Origin: Planctomycetota bacterium
Lineage (GTDB): Bacteria; Planctomycetota; UBA8108; SXIK01
Direction: 5' to 3'
Length of the DNA: 64,000 nt
Assembly (NCBI GenBank): GCA_965223845.1
Contig: CBDCXR010000004.1
Span: forward strand, 6,080,001 to 6,144,000
Part shown: positions 46,580 to 55,997 of the stretch, piece by piece
Numbering within the stretch: position 1 is the first letter of the stretch
How the letters are laid out: every line of letters starts with the position of its first letter
The notes under the pieces: generated by a model
Database searches by the model: none
The model's input: only the letters and a program-made list of their open reading frames with translations
What the model was told of the DNA's origin: nothing
Translations under genes and position numbers: made by a program

Positions 46580-48001
46580 ATGCAGCTTCGCGATCACGTC
46601 TTCCTCGGGACGACACAGAGTCTCTGTCCGAGCTGCCTCGGACTCGTCCAGGCCAAGATCATCGAGCGTCGGGGACGGGTCTATTTTCGGAAGCGCTGCC
46701 CCGAGTGCGGCGTGCGTGAAGACTTCGTCTGCTCCGATCGCGCTCAGTTCGACCGCCTAGAGCTCAACTCGCCGGGTAAGGTTCCGCACCAGAGCGGAGT
46801 TCTTCCCGAGCGGGGTTGTCCCTACGACTGCGGGCTTTGCACCGAGCACGAGCAGCACACCTGTGTGGGCCTCGTCGAAATCACATCCGCGTGCAATCTC
46901 AAATGCCCGATGTGCTACGCGTCGAGCGGCCCGGGCGGGCGGCACCTCGAGTTCGACGAGTGTCGGAGTGCCATCGAGCGCCTCGTCGACGTCGAAGGTC
47001 GCCCCGAGGTGCTCCAGCTCTCCGGCGGCGAGCCGACCATCCATCCCGAGTTCGATCGCGTGCTCTCGTTCGCGTGCGCACAGCCGATCGACATGGTGAT
47101 GATCAACTCGAACGGCATCCGCTTCGCTAACGACCCGGAGTTTCTGCGGCGGGTTGCGGAATACCGAGATCGGCTCGAAGTCTATCTTCAGTTCGACGGG
47201 TTTCGGCCGGAGACGAGCGCCGCGCTCCGCGGAGAGCCGCTCGTCGAGACGAAGCTTCGAGCCGTGGAGGCGCTCGGCGAAGCGGGCGTCCGCGTGATCC
47301 TCGTGAGCACGCTTCAAGCGGGAGTGAACGACGGTGAGATCGGTGCGATTGTGAACTACGGCCTCGAGCGGCCGTGGGTCACCGGCGTGAGCTTCCAACC
47401 GGCGACCTACTCCGGCCGGCACGTCTTACCCGACGAGCTCGAACGACGGATCACGTTTCCCGACGTCGTCCGGGCGATCGTCGAGCAGACGAACGGCGTC
47501 TTCGCCGTCGAAGATTTCCTGCCCCTCCCCTGCGCTCACCCGAACTGCCACACTCTTACCTACGCGTACCGGCGCGGAGGGACGATCGTTCCGCTCACGC
47601 GCTTCATCGACGTCCGGAGCCACGTCGATCTCCTATCGAACGGCATCACGTTCACCCGACCCCGCGCGCGCGCGTTGATCGAGCAGTACGTAGAGCGCGC
47701 GAACTGCGGGGACGGCGGCTGCGGGTTCGGTGCGTCCGTGCCGGCGCCTCTTGTTGCCGTCGCGCAAGAGTTCTTCGGAAAAGCGATGCGCGAAGACCTT
47801 TCGCCGAGCGATGTCTTCCGGATCACGATCACTTCGTTCCTCGATGCCTACAACTTTGATGTGCGGCGACTCATGAAGTGCTGCATCCATCACGTACTTC
47901 CGAGTGGACACGTCGTTCCGTTCTGCGCCTACAACGTACTCTACCGCGACGGCCACGTATCATTGCCGCAACTGGTCGCGAATTCGCAAGCTGAGATCTA
48001 G
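46580..48001 (+). CDS. Radical SAM enzyme of the Tes/GDGT-MAS (MJ0619)-like family
   Basis: N-terminal CPSC...CPEC, GCPYDCGLC...HTC, CNLKCPMC, SGGEPT, YLQFDG, VSFQP, C-terminal DAYNFDVRRLMKCCIH...PFCAYN. Confidence 0.9.
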   Translation: MQLRDHVFLGTTQSLCPSCLGLVQAKIIERRGRVYFRKRCPECGVREDFVCSDRAQFDRLELNSPGKVPHQSGVLPERGCPYDCGLCTEHEQHTCVGLVEITSACNLKCPMCYASSGPGGRHLEFDECRSAIERLVDVEGRPEVLQLSGGEPTIHPEFDRVLSFACAQPIDMVMINSNGIRFANDPEFLRRVAEYRDRLEVYLQFDGFRPETSAALRGEPLVETKLRAVEALGEAGVRVILVSTLQAGVNDGEIGAIVNYGLERPWVTGVSFQPATYSGRHVLPDELERRITFPDVVRAIVEQTNGVFAVEDFLPLPCAHPNCHTLTYAYRRGGTIVPLTRFIDVRSHVDLLSNGITFTRPRARALIEQYVERANCGDGGCGFGASVPAPLVAVAQEFFGKAMREDLSPSDVFRITITSFLDAYNFDVRRLMKCCIHHVLPSGHVVPFCAYNVLYRDGHVSLPQLVANSQAEI

Positions 48002-48034
48002 TGCCGCGGCGAACTACGAACGGCGGAGCGCAGC

Positions 48035-48769
48035 ATGAACTGGAATGATCCGATTTGGATCTACTCCGCGATCATGGTTGCGGCGGTCGCGGCGGGATGG
48101 CTCGTGAGCCGCCGAACGCAGAGTCGTGCTCCGCTGAGCGGTTTCGAGAAGCTCGCGATCGCGCTCGGCGCTTTTTGCGGGGCGATGATCGGAGCGAAGC
48201 TGCCCTTCGTCCTTCTCGACTGGGACGGACTCCTCTCCGGACGTGCCTGGCTCGAGAACGGGAAAACGATCACATTCGGATTGGTCGGCGGATACGTCGG
48301 CGTCGAGCTCGCGAAGTGGGCGCTAGCGATTCGCGTGAAGACCGGCGATTCGTTCGCCGTGCCCGTCGCCCTGTCGATCGGGATCGGTCGTCTCGCCTGC
48401 TTTTCCGTGGGTTGCTGTCACGGGACGGAGACCGCGCTCCCTTGGGGAGCTGATTTCGGCGACGGGATCCGCCGGCACCCGACTCAACTCTACGAATCGG
48501 CCTTCCATCTTTCGGCGACGCTCGCGCTCGCGTACCTGCTCCGTTTCGGTCTCTTCCGCGGACAGCTCATCAAGCTGTATTTCATCGCCTACTTCGTCTT
48601 CCGCTTCGCGAGCGAGTTCATCCGCCCGGAACCCGAGGCATGGCTCGGTCTCACCGTGTATCAGTGGGCGACGATCGCGTTCATTCCGCTTTTCGGCGCG
48701 CTCTGGATCGTGGATCGGCGGAGGTTCGCGCTCGAGTCGGCGCAGGTGAACACGCGTGCCGGAGCGTAG
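48035..48769 (+). CDS. lgt: Prolipoprotein diacylglyceryl transferase-like protein (divergent paralog)
   Basis: IGRLACFSVGCCHG, PWG, HPTQLYE, RFASEFIR, about 7 TM segments. Confidence 0.85.
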   Translation: MNWNDPIWIYSAIMVAAVAAGWLVSRRTQSRAPLSGFEKLAIALGAFCGAMIGAKLPFVLLDWDGLLSGRAWLENGKTITFGLVGGYVGVELAKWALAIRVKTGDSFAVPVALSIGIGRLACFSVGCCHGTETALPWGADFGDGIRRHPTQLYESAFHLSATLALAYLLRFGLFRGQLIKLYFIAYFVFRFASEFIRPEPEAWLGLTVYQWATIAFIPLFGALWIVDRRRFALESAQVNTRAGA

Positions 48770-48784
48770 CCGGTCCCGCTTCGC

Positions 48785-51700
48785 CTACTCGCAACCCGAG
48801 TACTCGTCGCAGCCCAGTGCGGGATCCTCGCCGCAATCGGGGTACGGCGCCGCCGGTCCCGCGCCCGCGCCGAACATGAAGTTGAGGAGCCTCAAGGCGT
48901 CGGTGATCACCACCGTGCCGTCGGCGTCCGCGTCCGCGGCGTCCGCGCAGCGGAAAGGATCGGGCACGGAGAAGAGCTGGATGAGGATCGAGACTGCGTC
49001 CGAGATGTCGATTTGGCCGTCGCCATTCGCATCCCCGCGAAGGAAGGCTCGCGATTCTTCGCCTACGAATTGATCCCACGTGTACGCAGCGGTTTCGTGC
49101 GCGCCTTCGACGCGCTCGGCGGTGACGTACTCGACACTCCCGTCGAATAGCTCGAGCGGAGAGAGCGAGTACGGACCGGATCGCTGCGAATCGTAAATCT
49201 GCTCACCCGGGAAGACGAGGCGGAAGCCCTCGGTCTGCGGCACGGCGAGATCGAGAATCGCGTGCGCGGTCGCCACCGTCTCGCCCGCTGGATCGAGCAG
49301 CGTCCCCGCGATGACGAAGCGCCCCGCGATGTCGGCTTCGATCATCCCGTCGATCCAGAGCGAGCCGAACTCGGCCGCACCGGCCCCGCCGTCTCCTTCG
49401 CCTCCGGCGGCCGGCGCGAGTCCCGATTCGAGCTCGCCGCCGAAGCGAACCGAGTCCGAGCGCACCTCGAGCTGCGTGGTTCGCTGACGAAGGAACGTAC
49501 CGGCGGGGTCGGACGCTGCAACCTCGATGAGGTGGAGACCTGCTTCGTCACCACTCAGCTCCGCAGTGTAGACCCCGTCGCCCGCGGACGCGTCCGGGGC
49601 GACGCCGTTATCGAGGAGATCGACGAGATCGAGCGTCCCGTTGGGGCGCCATAGGCTTGCGGTCGCGTTCGCACCGGTGATCGGTGCGCCGAGCTCCATC
49701 AGGGTCGCGGTGAGCGCGGTCGAGCCCGCGATATCGATCTCGTCGGGATCGAGCACGACATCGAGGACGAGGTCGCTTTCCGAGTAGAGCTCGACCGTAT
49801 ACGGCACGGGAACGTTGTCGACCGGGTTTTCGAGCACGGCGGTGTACACGCCGACCTCACCACTCGCGAAGTCGTAGAGCTGAACTTGGTGACCTTCCCC
49901 GTCGAGGAAGCTTTGATATTCGACCCCTTCGCCTGGATTCGACGGTGTATGCACGATCACTTCCGGTCCCGGGTCGTGAACATCGAACTCGAGTCCGCCA
50001 GGAACGCCGATGTTCAGAATCACGATGATCGACTCCGAGGTGTCCGAGAGCATGAGCAGCTCGGCGGTCCGCCCCGGCTCGAGGAAACCGGAATAGAACG
50101 TACCGAGCGAGTAGCTCGACCCGACGCCCCCCGCCGCACCGGGAACGTCGTTCTCCGCGCCCCCTCCGGCGACGCCCGCGACGGGGTTCTCGACGTGCTC
50201 GAGCACATCGCGAAGGAGAACCGTGATCGACTCGCCGCCGCGCCCGAGCGTCCCGTGGTTCTCCGCGACGCGGTGAGTCACAGCTCCGGCGATTCCGCCG
50301 AGCGCACTCGCAGCGCACACGCGATCGTCGTGTTCACCGCAGCTGAGAACGGGATCGAGACTCGAGCGCCCGCCCGTTCCCGCGACGAGATGAACGCGGG
50401 CCCCGCGCGTGTCGATTACCGCGCGATTGAACCGCGCGAGGAACTCCGCGGTCTGCTCCGCGGCGCCGGCGAACTCGTCTTCCGTGATCGAACCCGACAC
50501 CCCGTCGAGGGGGCGACTCGCGAGCTCGCCGCGCACCTCGATCCGCGCGCGCGGCGTTCCCAAGTTCGGTGTTCCAAGGAGGGCGAATCGGCGCACCCGG
50601 CCGTACTCGGACTCGGCGAGGTACAGCCGCGCCGCGAGTCCCGCCGCGCCGTACGCGACGATGTCGACCTGATCCGGTGCGCGCCCGAAATTTGCGGCGA
50701 GCTTCGCGTCGAGAGCTTCCAGATGACGCGCGAGTGAGAGCGCCCCGCGAGTGATCCCCGGCTCGATGCGAAGCGAACGGAACCACGCGGGCGCCGCCGG
50801 GGCGGCGAGGTTCGCGTTCGCCTGCGCCGATGCGAGCAGCTCCCGCCATCGCTCGGTGTCGTCGCCGAGCGATGGCTCGCGACTCGCGACGAGAATCACG
50901 GGCACCGGCAGCCGGAGCTCGACCTGGCGGCCGGCGCCGACTTCGACGTCGACGCTGAGAACACGGTTGAGGTCGCCGGGCAGAGCCGGTCCGCCGATCA
51001 AGCCCGCACGGTAGCGGAGCTGAGTGGGGACGCCATCGCCCGGCGATCGCAGGATGAATCGGCCCGAAGGATCGACCTGCGCCACCTCCACTTCGACACC
51101 GCCTTCGTCGAGTCGCACCACCGCACCGCGGTTGACCGTCGTTCCCGCGCGATCGCCGTAACGAACGACGCCGGCGAGGAGCGGCTCCGGTGGAGCGCCG
51201 ACATCCGCCCGACAGAGCTCGCTCGGCGGTCCGCGCCGCGCGAAACCTCTCTCGGCGACGCCCAGCACGCGATACTCGTTTCGCCCCGGCGGCACCCCGC
51301 CTTCTCGGTAGGGCGGAAGCCCGACGCGGGCGACGACGACGCCGTTGCGGAGGATATCGTACGCGTCGTACTCCGGCGCCGGATTCCAGTCGAGCTCGAC
51401 GACGCGCGGTCCGACGAGCGCGCAGCCAAAGCCCTCGATCGGCGGCAGCTCCGACGCGTCGACGGTCACACGACACGTCGCGCGCGATTCCGGCGCCGCC
51501 GGATCGAGCACCTCGATGAGATGCGTGCCGTCGGCGACGTTCGGGATGAAGAACGACGTCGTCGTCGGCGGCAGCGGTCCGCTCGCGTCTCGACCGTCGA
51601 TGCGAACGAGGAGCGACGAGTAGCGATCCGCCAGGCGCCAGCGCACGGCGATCCCGGCGTCGGTTTCTTCGCACGCGAGATCTCTCACCGCGAGCGTACG

Positions 51701-53485
51701 AACGACGATGCGAACCATTTCCGAGCGAAGCGCCGGATCCCCGTTCGCTTCGACGAAGTAGATATGCTCACCGCGTTCGACGCCGATATCCGTGAAGTCC
51801 ATCAGCCGACCGGAAAGTGGCTGGGGGTTCACGAGGGTGCCGTCGCGGTAAACGTTCTGGAACGCGTAGCGCCCGTCGATCGTCCACGCGAGATGCACTC
51901 GTCCGCCCGGGATCTGCTTCGCGCGGAGATGCCGCGGCGCGCCGTCGGTCGCTTCATCGCCGATGAAAACGACGACCGCCAAGCCCACCCCGCCATCGCG
52001 GATATGCGGAATGCCGGGCGCACCGATCGTGAGCTCACCGCGGCCACCGCCCGAGAAATCTTCGAGGCCGCCGACCGACGACCCGACCCCCGCGCCGGAG
52101 ACGCCCGCGCTGAATGCGGCACCATCGTTCGAGCGCATCGCGGCGAGCAGGATCTCGGCCGGGAGAGCGTTTCCGCCGAACGCGAGGTAGGCCGCTCCGC
52201 GTCCTTCCCCGCGCAGCGGAGCACCGATGAACGCCTCGGCGATTCCGTCGCCGTTAGCGTCCGGCGTGAACGCGACGGCCGACCCGGCGCGTTCGCCGTC
52301 CGATCCGAGGTACGTCGTCTGCGCGACGACGGAAACGTCGACGCTCGGAACGCCGCTTCTCAGTCGCGCTCCACCGGCGATGAGAAACGCGGCACCGGAG
52401 ACGCGGTCGAAAGCGAGCCCCGGCGATCCGAGAAGCAGATCGGGAGCGCCATCGCCCGTCGCGTCGCGCCCCCCCGCGATCGCCGCCCCGAGCTCGCTCG
52501 CCGGCAGAGCGGAGCGAACTTCGACGAGACGATCACCATCCGGCGCGTCTGCGTTCGGGAGTCCGTCGAGCCCGGCGCGACCGAAGTAGACGTAGACGGC
52601 ACCGCCCCCAAATGCCGGCGCGCCGGCGGCGAAGTCGCGTATTCCGTCTTCGTCGGTGTCTCCGAGCGGCGCGATCGCCGCGCCGAAGAGGCTCCCGTCC
52701 GCCGGTCCATGAGCGACGATCGCGTTCTCTCCCGGTAGCGCCGCGACATCGATCGACGCGAAGGCTCCGGGCCGCGCGAGCTCGAGATCGACGAGCGCGA
52801 TGATCTTTCCGCGGCGCTCGCCGGTCGCCTCGTGGAGGCCGCGAGGGATCCCGAGAACGACATCGTCCCGCCCGTCGCCGCTCGCGTCTCCGACCCCGAC
52901 TCCGCTCTCGCCGAGACGACCTTCGCCCGCGAGCGACGAAGTGAGAAAGACGACGCCGTGAGGCGAGAAGGTGAGATCGATGACGCCAGGCAGTGCGTCC
53001 GATCCGAGGAGAAGGACGACGCCGCTCTCACCGCCCGCGACGATGCCACCCGGCGCGCCGATCAAGACGTCGTCGAATCCGTCGGCGTTGACATCGCCCG
53101 CTCCGGCGACGAAGCGGCCGAATTCGTCGCCCGGACCCGCGCCCGAGCGAATTTCGACGATGAACTCGCGCCCCGGATGGAGCGTCGCGCGGAGTGTCGG
53201 AGGACGTCCGCCGAAGACGAGGAACACACGCCCGGGGGTTCTCGCGCTTCCCGGTGCACTGACGATGACGTCCGTGCGACCGTCGCCGTTGACGTCGCCT
53301 GCGTCGGCGATGTGGGCGCCCGCGCCGAACGTCCCGTCGCCGGCGAAGAGCTCGAGACGATTCCCAGGGTTGTCGCCATCGAGGCGCGTTTCGAGCGGAA
53401 GCTGCGCGCATACCGGTACCACCGACGCGAGGAAGATCGCGAACGCGAAGGTAGCTCGCAGGATCCGCTTCAAAGATCGAGACAC
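48785..53485 (-). CDS. Large secreted protein: FG-GAP/integrin-alpha propeller, FN3-like repeats, degenerate alpha/beta-hydrolase, choice-of-anchor-X-like domain, dockerin-like domain
   Basis: About 7 GDVNGDG..D...GAP repeats; LLGTPNLGT; LLDNGVAPDASAGDGVYTA; FLRGDANGDGQIDISDA...CADAAD...CGEDP. Confidence 0.9.
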   Translation of the reverse strand: MSRSLKRILRATFAFAIFLASVVPVCAQLPLETRLDGDNPGNRLELFAGDGTFGAGAHIADAGDVNGDGRTDVIVSAPGSARTPGRVFLVFGGRPPTLRATLHPGREFIVEIRSGAGPGDEFGRFVAGAGDVNADGFDDVLIGAPGGIVAGGESGVVLLLGSDALPGVIDLTFSPHGVVFLTSSLAGEGRLGESGVGVGDASGDGRDDVVLGIPRGLHEATGERRGKIIALVDLELARPGAFASIDVAALPGENAIVAHGPADGSLFGAAIAPLGDTDEDGIRDFAAGAPAFGGGAVYVYFGRAGLDGLPNADAPDGDRLVEVRSALPASELGAAIAGGRDATGDGAPDLLLGSPGLAFDRVSGAAFLIAGGARLRSGVPSVDVSVVAQTTYLGSDGERAGSAVAFTPDANGDGIAEAFIGAPLRGEGRGAAYLAFGGNALPAEILLAAMRSNDGAAFSAGVSGAGVGSSVGGLEDFSGGGRGELTIGAPGIPHIRDGGVGLAVVVFIGDEATDGAPRHLRAKQIPGGRVHLAWTIDGRYAFQNVYRDGTLVNPQPLSGRLMDFTDIGVERGEHIYFVEANGDPALRSEMVRIVVRTLAVRDLACEETDAGIAVRWRLADRYSSLLVRIDGRDASGPLPPTTTSFFIPNVADGTHLIEVLDPAAPESRATCRVTVDASELPPIEGFGCALVGPRVVELDWNPAPEYDAYDILRNGVVVARVGLPPYREGGVPPGRNEYRVLGVAERGFARRGPPSELCRADVGAPPEPLLAGVVRYGDRAGTTVNRGAVVRLDEGGVEVEVAQVDPSGRFILRSPGDGVPTQLRYRAGLIGGPALPGDLNRVLSVDVEVGAGRQVELRLPVPVILVASREPSLGDDTERWRELLASAQANANLAAPAAPAWFRSLRIEPGITRGALSLARHLEALDAKLAANFGRAPDQVDIVAYGAAGLAARLYLAESEYGRVRRFALLGTPNLGTPRARIEVRGELASRPLDGVSGSITEDEFAGAAEQTAEFLARFNRAVIDTRGARVHLVAGTGGRSSLDPVLSCGEHDDRVCAASALGGIAGAVTHRVAENHGTLGRGGESITVLLRDVLEHVENPVAGVAGGGAENDVPGAAGGVGSSYSLGTFYSGFLEPGRTAELLMLSDTSESIIVILNIGVPGGLEFDVHDPGPEVIVHTPSNPGEGVEYQSFLDGEGHQVQLYDFASGEVGVYTAVLENPVDNVPVPYTVELYSESDLVLDVVLDPDEIDIAGSTALTATLMELGAPITGANATASLWRPNGTLDLVDLLDNGVAPDASAGDGVYTAELSGDEAGLHLIEVAASDPAGTFLRQRTTQLEVRSDSVRFGGELESGLAPAAGGEGDGGAGAAEFGSLWIDGMIEADIAGRFVIAGTLLDPAGETVATAHAILDLAVPQTEGFRLVFPGEQIYDSQRSGPYSLSPLELFDGSVEYVTAERVEGAHETAAYTWDQFVGEESRAFLRGDANGDGQIDISDAVSILIQLFSVPDPFRCADAADADADGTVVITDALRLLNFMFGAGAGPAAPYPDCGEDPALGCDEYSGCE

Positions 53486-53992
53486 GGCCGGGACACTCAG
53501 CCTGACTGCTTTTCGGTTGGCAGCTCCTCGGCAAACCAGACCTAGAGATGGCGAAGCGCGCGAAAGGGGCAGCTGTTCTCTACACTTCCGATGATGACCG
53601 TGATGGCGCTGACGGCGCGACGTTCAGCGAGAACGCGCACCGCGTCCTCGACCGGACGTTCGCCGCAGATTCGGTGCCCACCGCTCCGGTGAGCGAGAAA
53701 GACGCGGTCCCCCGTCGGCGTTCGCCGTCGGCTCGCCGGCACTCGCCTCGGTTCGGCACGACGTGCGGAGTCTGGGGGCCGCGCGTCGCGACGTTCGCCC
53801 TCACCCCCCTCCCCGAGAACCGTGGGAACGTCGGGCCTGTGTCCTTGAAACACCCTGAAATTCAGGGCTTACACAGCGCTTGTTCCCGGATCGAGAGGAT
53901 CGTGCGTCGTCGCACCTAGGCCGAAGAGCGACCGGGTTGGCCTCGGGTTCCAGCTTCCGAGGGACCGAGCAACTTCTTCCACCCAGCTCGAA

Positions 53993-54008
53993 AGCACGTC
54001 CTGTGCCA
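53993..54008 (-). promoter_or_regulatory. Sigma54 (-24/-12) promoter with upstream IHF-like box
   Basis: Minus strand TGGCACAGGACGTGCT has correct GG/GC spacing; AT-rich TAA-N19-TTA box at 54048-54072. Confidence 0.55.
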
Positions 54009-54358
54009 TCCCTCCGCGATCTTCGTTATTGAGTCGGCGGGGACGTTTAAGACTCTATGAAGTAATGACTTAAGAAGTTCCAGCCGCGCTTCGTGCGGAC
54101 GCTCTCCCCGCTCGCCTCACAACTTCTTTGTCAAGCGAGCCCGGTAGGTGGCCGGGATCGGCCTCGAAAGGCCCACAAGGATGTTGTGAGTCGAGCTCGG
54201 ACCCGAGGAACGTTCGCGTGGATTGTCGCCCACGAACTCTTTTGACCCGAAGTTGATCGGGTCGCCGCTGCGTGGGGTTCTAATCACGAAGCGGCGTCTT
54301 CGCCGCCGCTCCCCCGGATTCGTCCCGTTTCGCCCCGAGTTTCTTCTAGAGGAACAGC

Positions 54359-55777
54359 ATGTTTCGATCCCCGCGCTCAAGATCGTTCGTTGGCACCGCC
54401 CGATTCGTCGGAGCTCTCGTCTTCGCCGGCAGCCTGAACTCGTTCGCCGCCGCCGGCGATTGGCTCCACTGGCGCGGCCCGACCGGGAACGGCACCGCTC
54501 CGGACGCGAAGCCGCCGATCGAGTGGGGTGAATCGAAGAACCTTCGCTGGAAGGTCGAGATCCCCGGGAACGGCAGTGCGTCGCCGATCATCGTCGGCAA
54601 CCGAGTCTTCATCGCGACCGCAGTCGAGGATGAGAACGCCCGCGGCGCGCGGCGCTCGGATCCTCGCCGTCCGACGGAAACTCGCGCAGCGGGCCAAGAA
54701 GAACCGGAGCGGCGCCGAGATCGGCGCCGCGGACGAGGCGGACGACGCGGCGGTCGCGGGCGAGGCGGCCCGCCGACGGTCACACAGAGCTTTACGCTCC
54801 TCTGTCTCGATCGAAAAAGCGGCGACACTCTCTGGACGAAGGTCGCCGCGAAGACCGTCCCGCACGAAGGTCACCACGGCGACCACGGATTCGCTTCCGC
54901 CTCGCCGTGCTCGGACGGGGAGCGCGTCTATACGCACTTCGGCTCGCGCGGACTTTTCTGCTACGACCTCGCGGGGAAGCTGATCTGGGAAAAGGCCGAC
55001 TTCGGGAAGATGGAAACTCGAAACGGGTTCGGCGAGGGCAGCTCCCCGACCGTCTACAAGGACGTCGTCATCGTCCCTTGGGATCACCAAGGTCCGTCCT
55101 ACCTCGTCGTTCTCGACAAGAAGACGGGCGACGTGCGCTGGCGCGTCGACCGCGACGAGCCGACGTGCTGGGCGACGCCGCTCGTCGTCGAGCACAACGG
55201 GAAAGAACAAATCATCGTGAGCGGAGAGAATCACGCACGTGGCTACGATCTAAAGAGCGGTGACGAGCTCTGGCGCTGCTCGGGACAGACGGGCCGGCCG
55301 GTAGCTTCGCCGGTCGCCGGTCACGGGCTCGCGTTCGTCGGGAGTGGATTTCGCGGCTCGTTTCTCGGCGCGTTCCGGCTCGGCGCGCGCGGCGATTTGA
55401 AGGGCACGGACGGAGTCGCGTGGCAACTCAAGTCGTCGACCCCCGACATTCCGTCGCCGCTCCTCTCGGGAACTCGCCTCTATTTCCACGCGGCGAGGAA
55501 GAACATCATTTCGTGCTACGACGCGCCGAGTGGAGAGCCCCACTACGGACCGACGCGCGTAGAGGGACTCGGCGACACCTACGCCTCACCCATAGCGGCG
55601 AACGGCTACGTCTACCTGACGGACCGAAGCGGCACGACGGTCGTGATCAAGGACGCTGACAAGCTCGAGATCGTGGCGACGAACGAGCTCGACGAGGGTG
55701 TCGACGCGACTCCGGCGCCAGTGGGGAACGAGATGTTCGTCCGCGGGCGACGGCATCTCTATTGCTTCGGTAGTTGA
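54359..55777 (+). CDS. PQQ-like beta-propeller repeat protein (BamB-like, planctomycete-expanded)
   Basis: DWLHWRGP, NLRWK, ASPII, SPCSDG, LDKKTGDVRW, YASPI, MFVRG..HLYCF. Confidence 0.92.
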   Translation: MFRSPRSRSFVGTARFVGALVFAGSLNSFAAAGDWLHWRGPTGNGTAPDAKPPIEWGESKNLRWKVEIPGNGSASPIIVGNRVFIATAVEDENARGARRSDPRRPTETRAAGQEEPERRRDRRRGRGGRRGGRGRGGPPTVTQSFTLLCLDRKSGDTLWTKVAAKTVPHEGHHGDHGFASASPCSDGERVYTHFGSRGLFCYDLAGKLIWEKADFGKMETRNGFGEGSSPTVYKDVVIVPWDHQGPSYLVVLDKKTGDVRWRVDRDEPTCWATPLVVEHNGKEQIIVSGENHARGYDLKSGDELWRCSGQTGRPVASPVAGHGLAFVGSGFRGSFLGAFRLGARGDLKGTDGVAWQLKSSTPDIPSPLLSGTRLYFHAARKNIISCYDAPSGEPHYGPTRVEGLGDTYASPIAANGYVYLTDRSGTTVVIKDADKLEIVATNELDEGVDATPAPVGNEMFVRGRRHLYCFGS

Positions 55778-55797
55778 TCGGTCGACTTGAGAGAGAA

Positions 55798-55997
55798 TTT
55801 CACACGAAGAGCGCGAAGGACCGCGAAGAAAGACTTCGGAAGAGAGATCGCGGAGGTTTCGTCCTCGCGTACGTTCGTCCGGTTAGGGATGTAGATTCAT
55901 CGATCCACCACCACATCGACTCCGAACGTTCGCCACCAATCTCTCTCCCGCTCTTTCTTCCTCTTTCTTCGCGGTCCTTCGCGCTCTTCGTGTGAAA
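55798..55997. repeat. REPIN/MITE-like element with 36-bp perfect inverted repeats
   Basis: TTTCACACGAAGAGCGCGAAGGACCGCGAAGAAAGA at 55798-55833 and its exact reverse complement at 55962-55997; lies between convergent genes. Confidence 0.85.

Noticed and set aside
46580-48001. Annotation as MoaA or as a pterin methyltransferase
   Set aside because: Lacks the MoaA C-terminal CxxC-x13-C/GG pattern; the methyltransferase label is a legacy name for the MJ0619 family; no moa or methanopterin genes are nearby.
53548-53919. 123-aa ORF and overlapping minus-strand ORFs in the intergenic gap
   Set aside because: No motifs and no clear RBS; not called, although it cannot be fully excluded.
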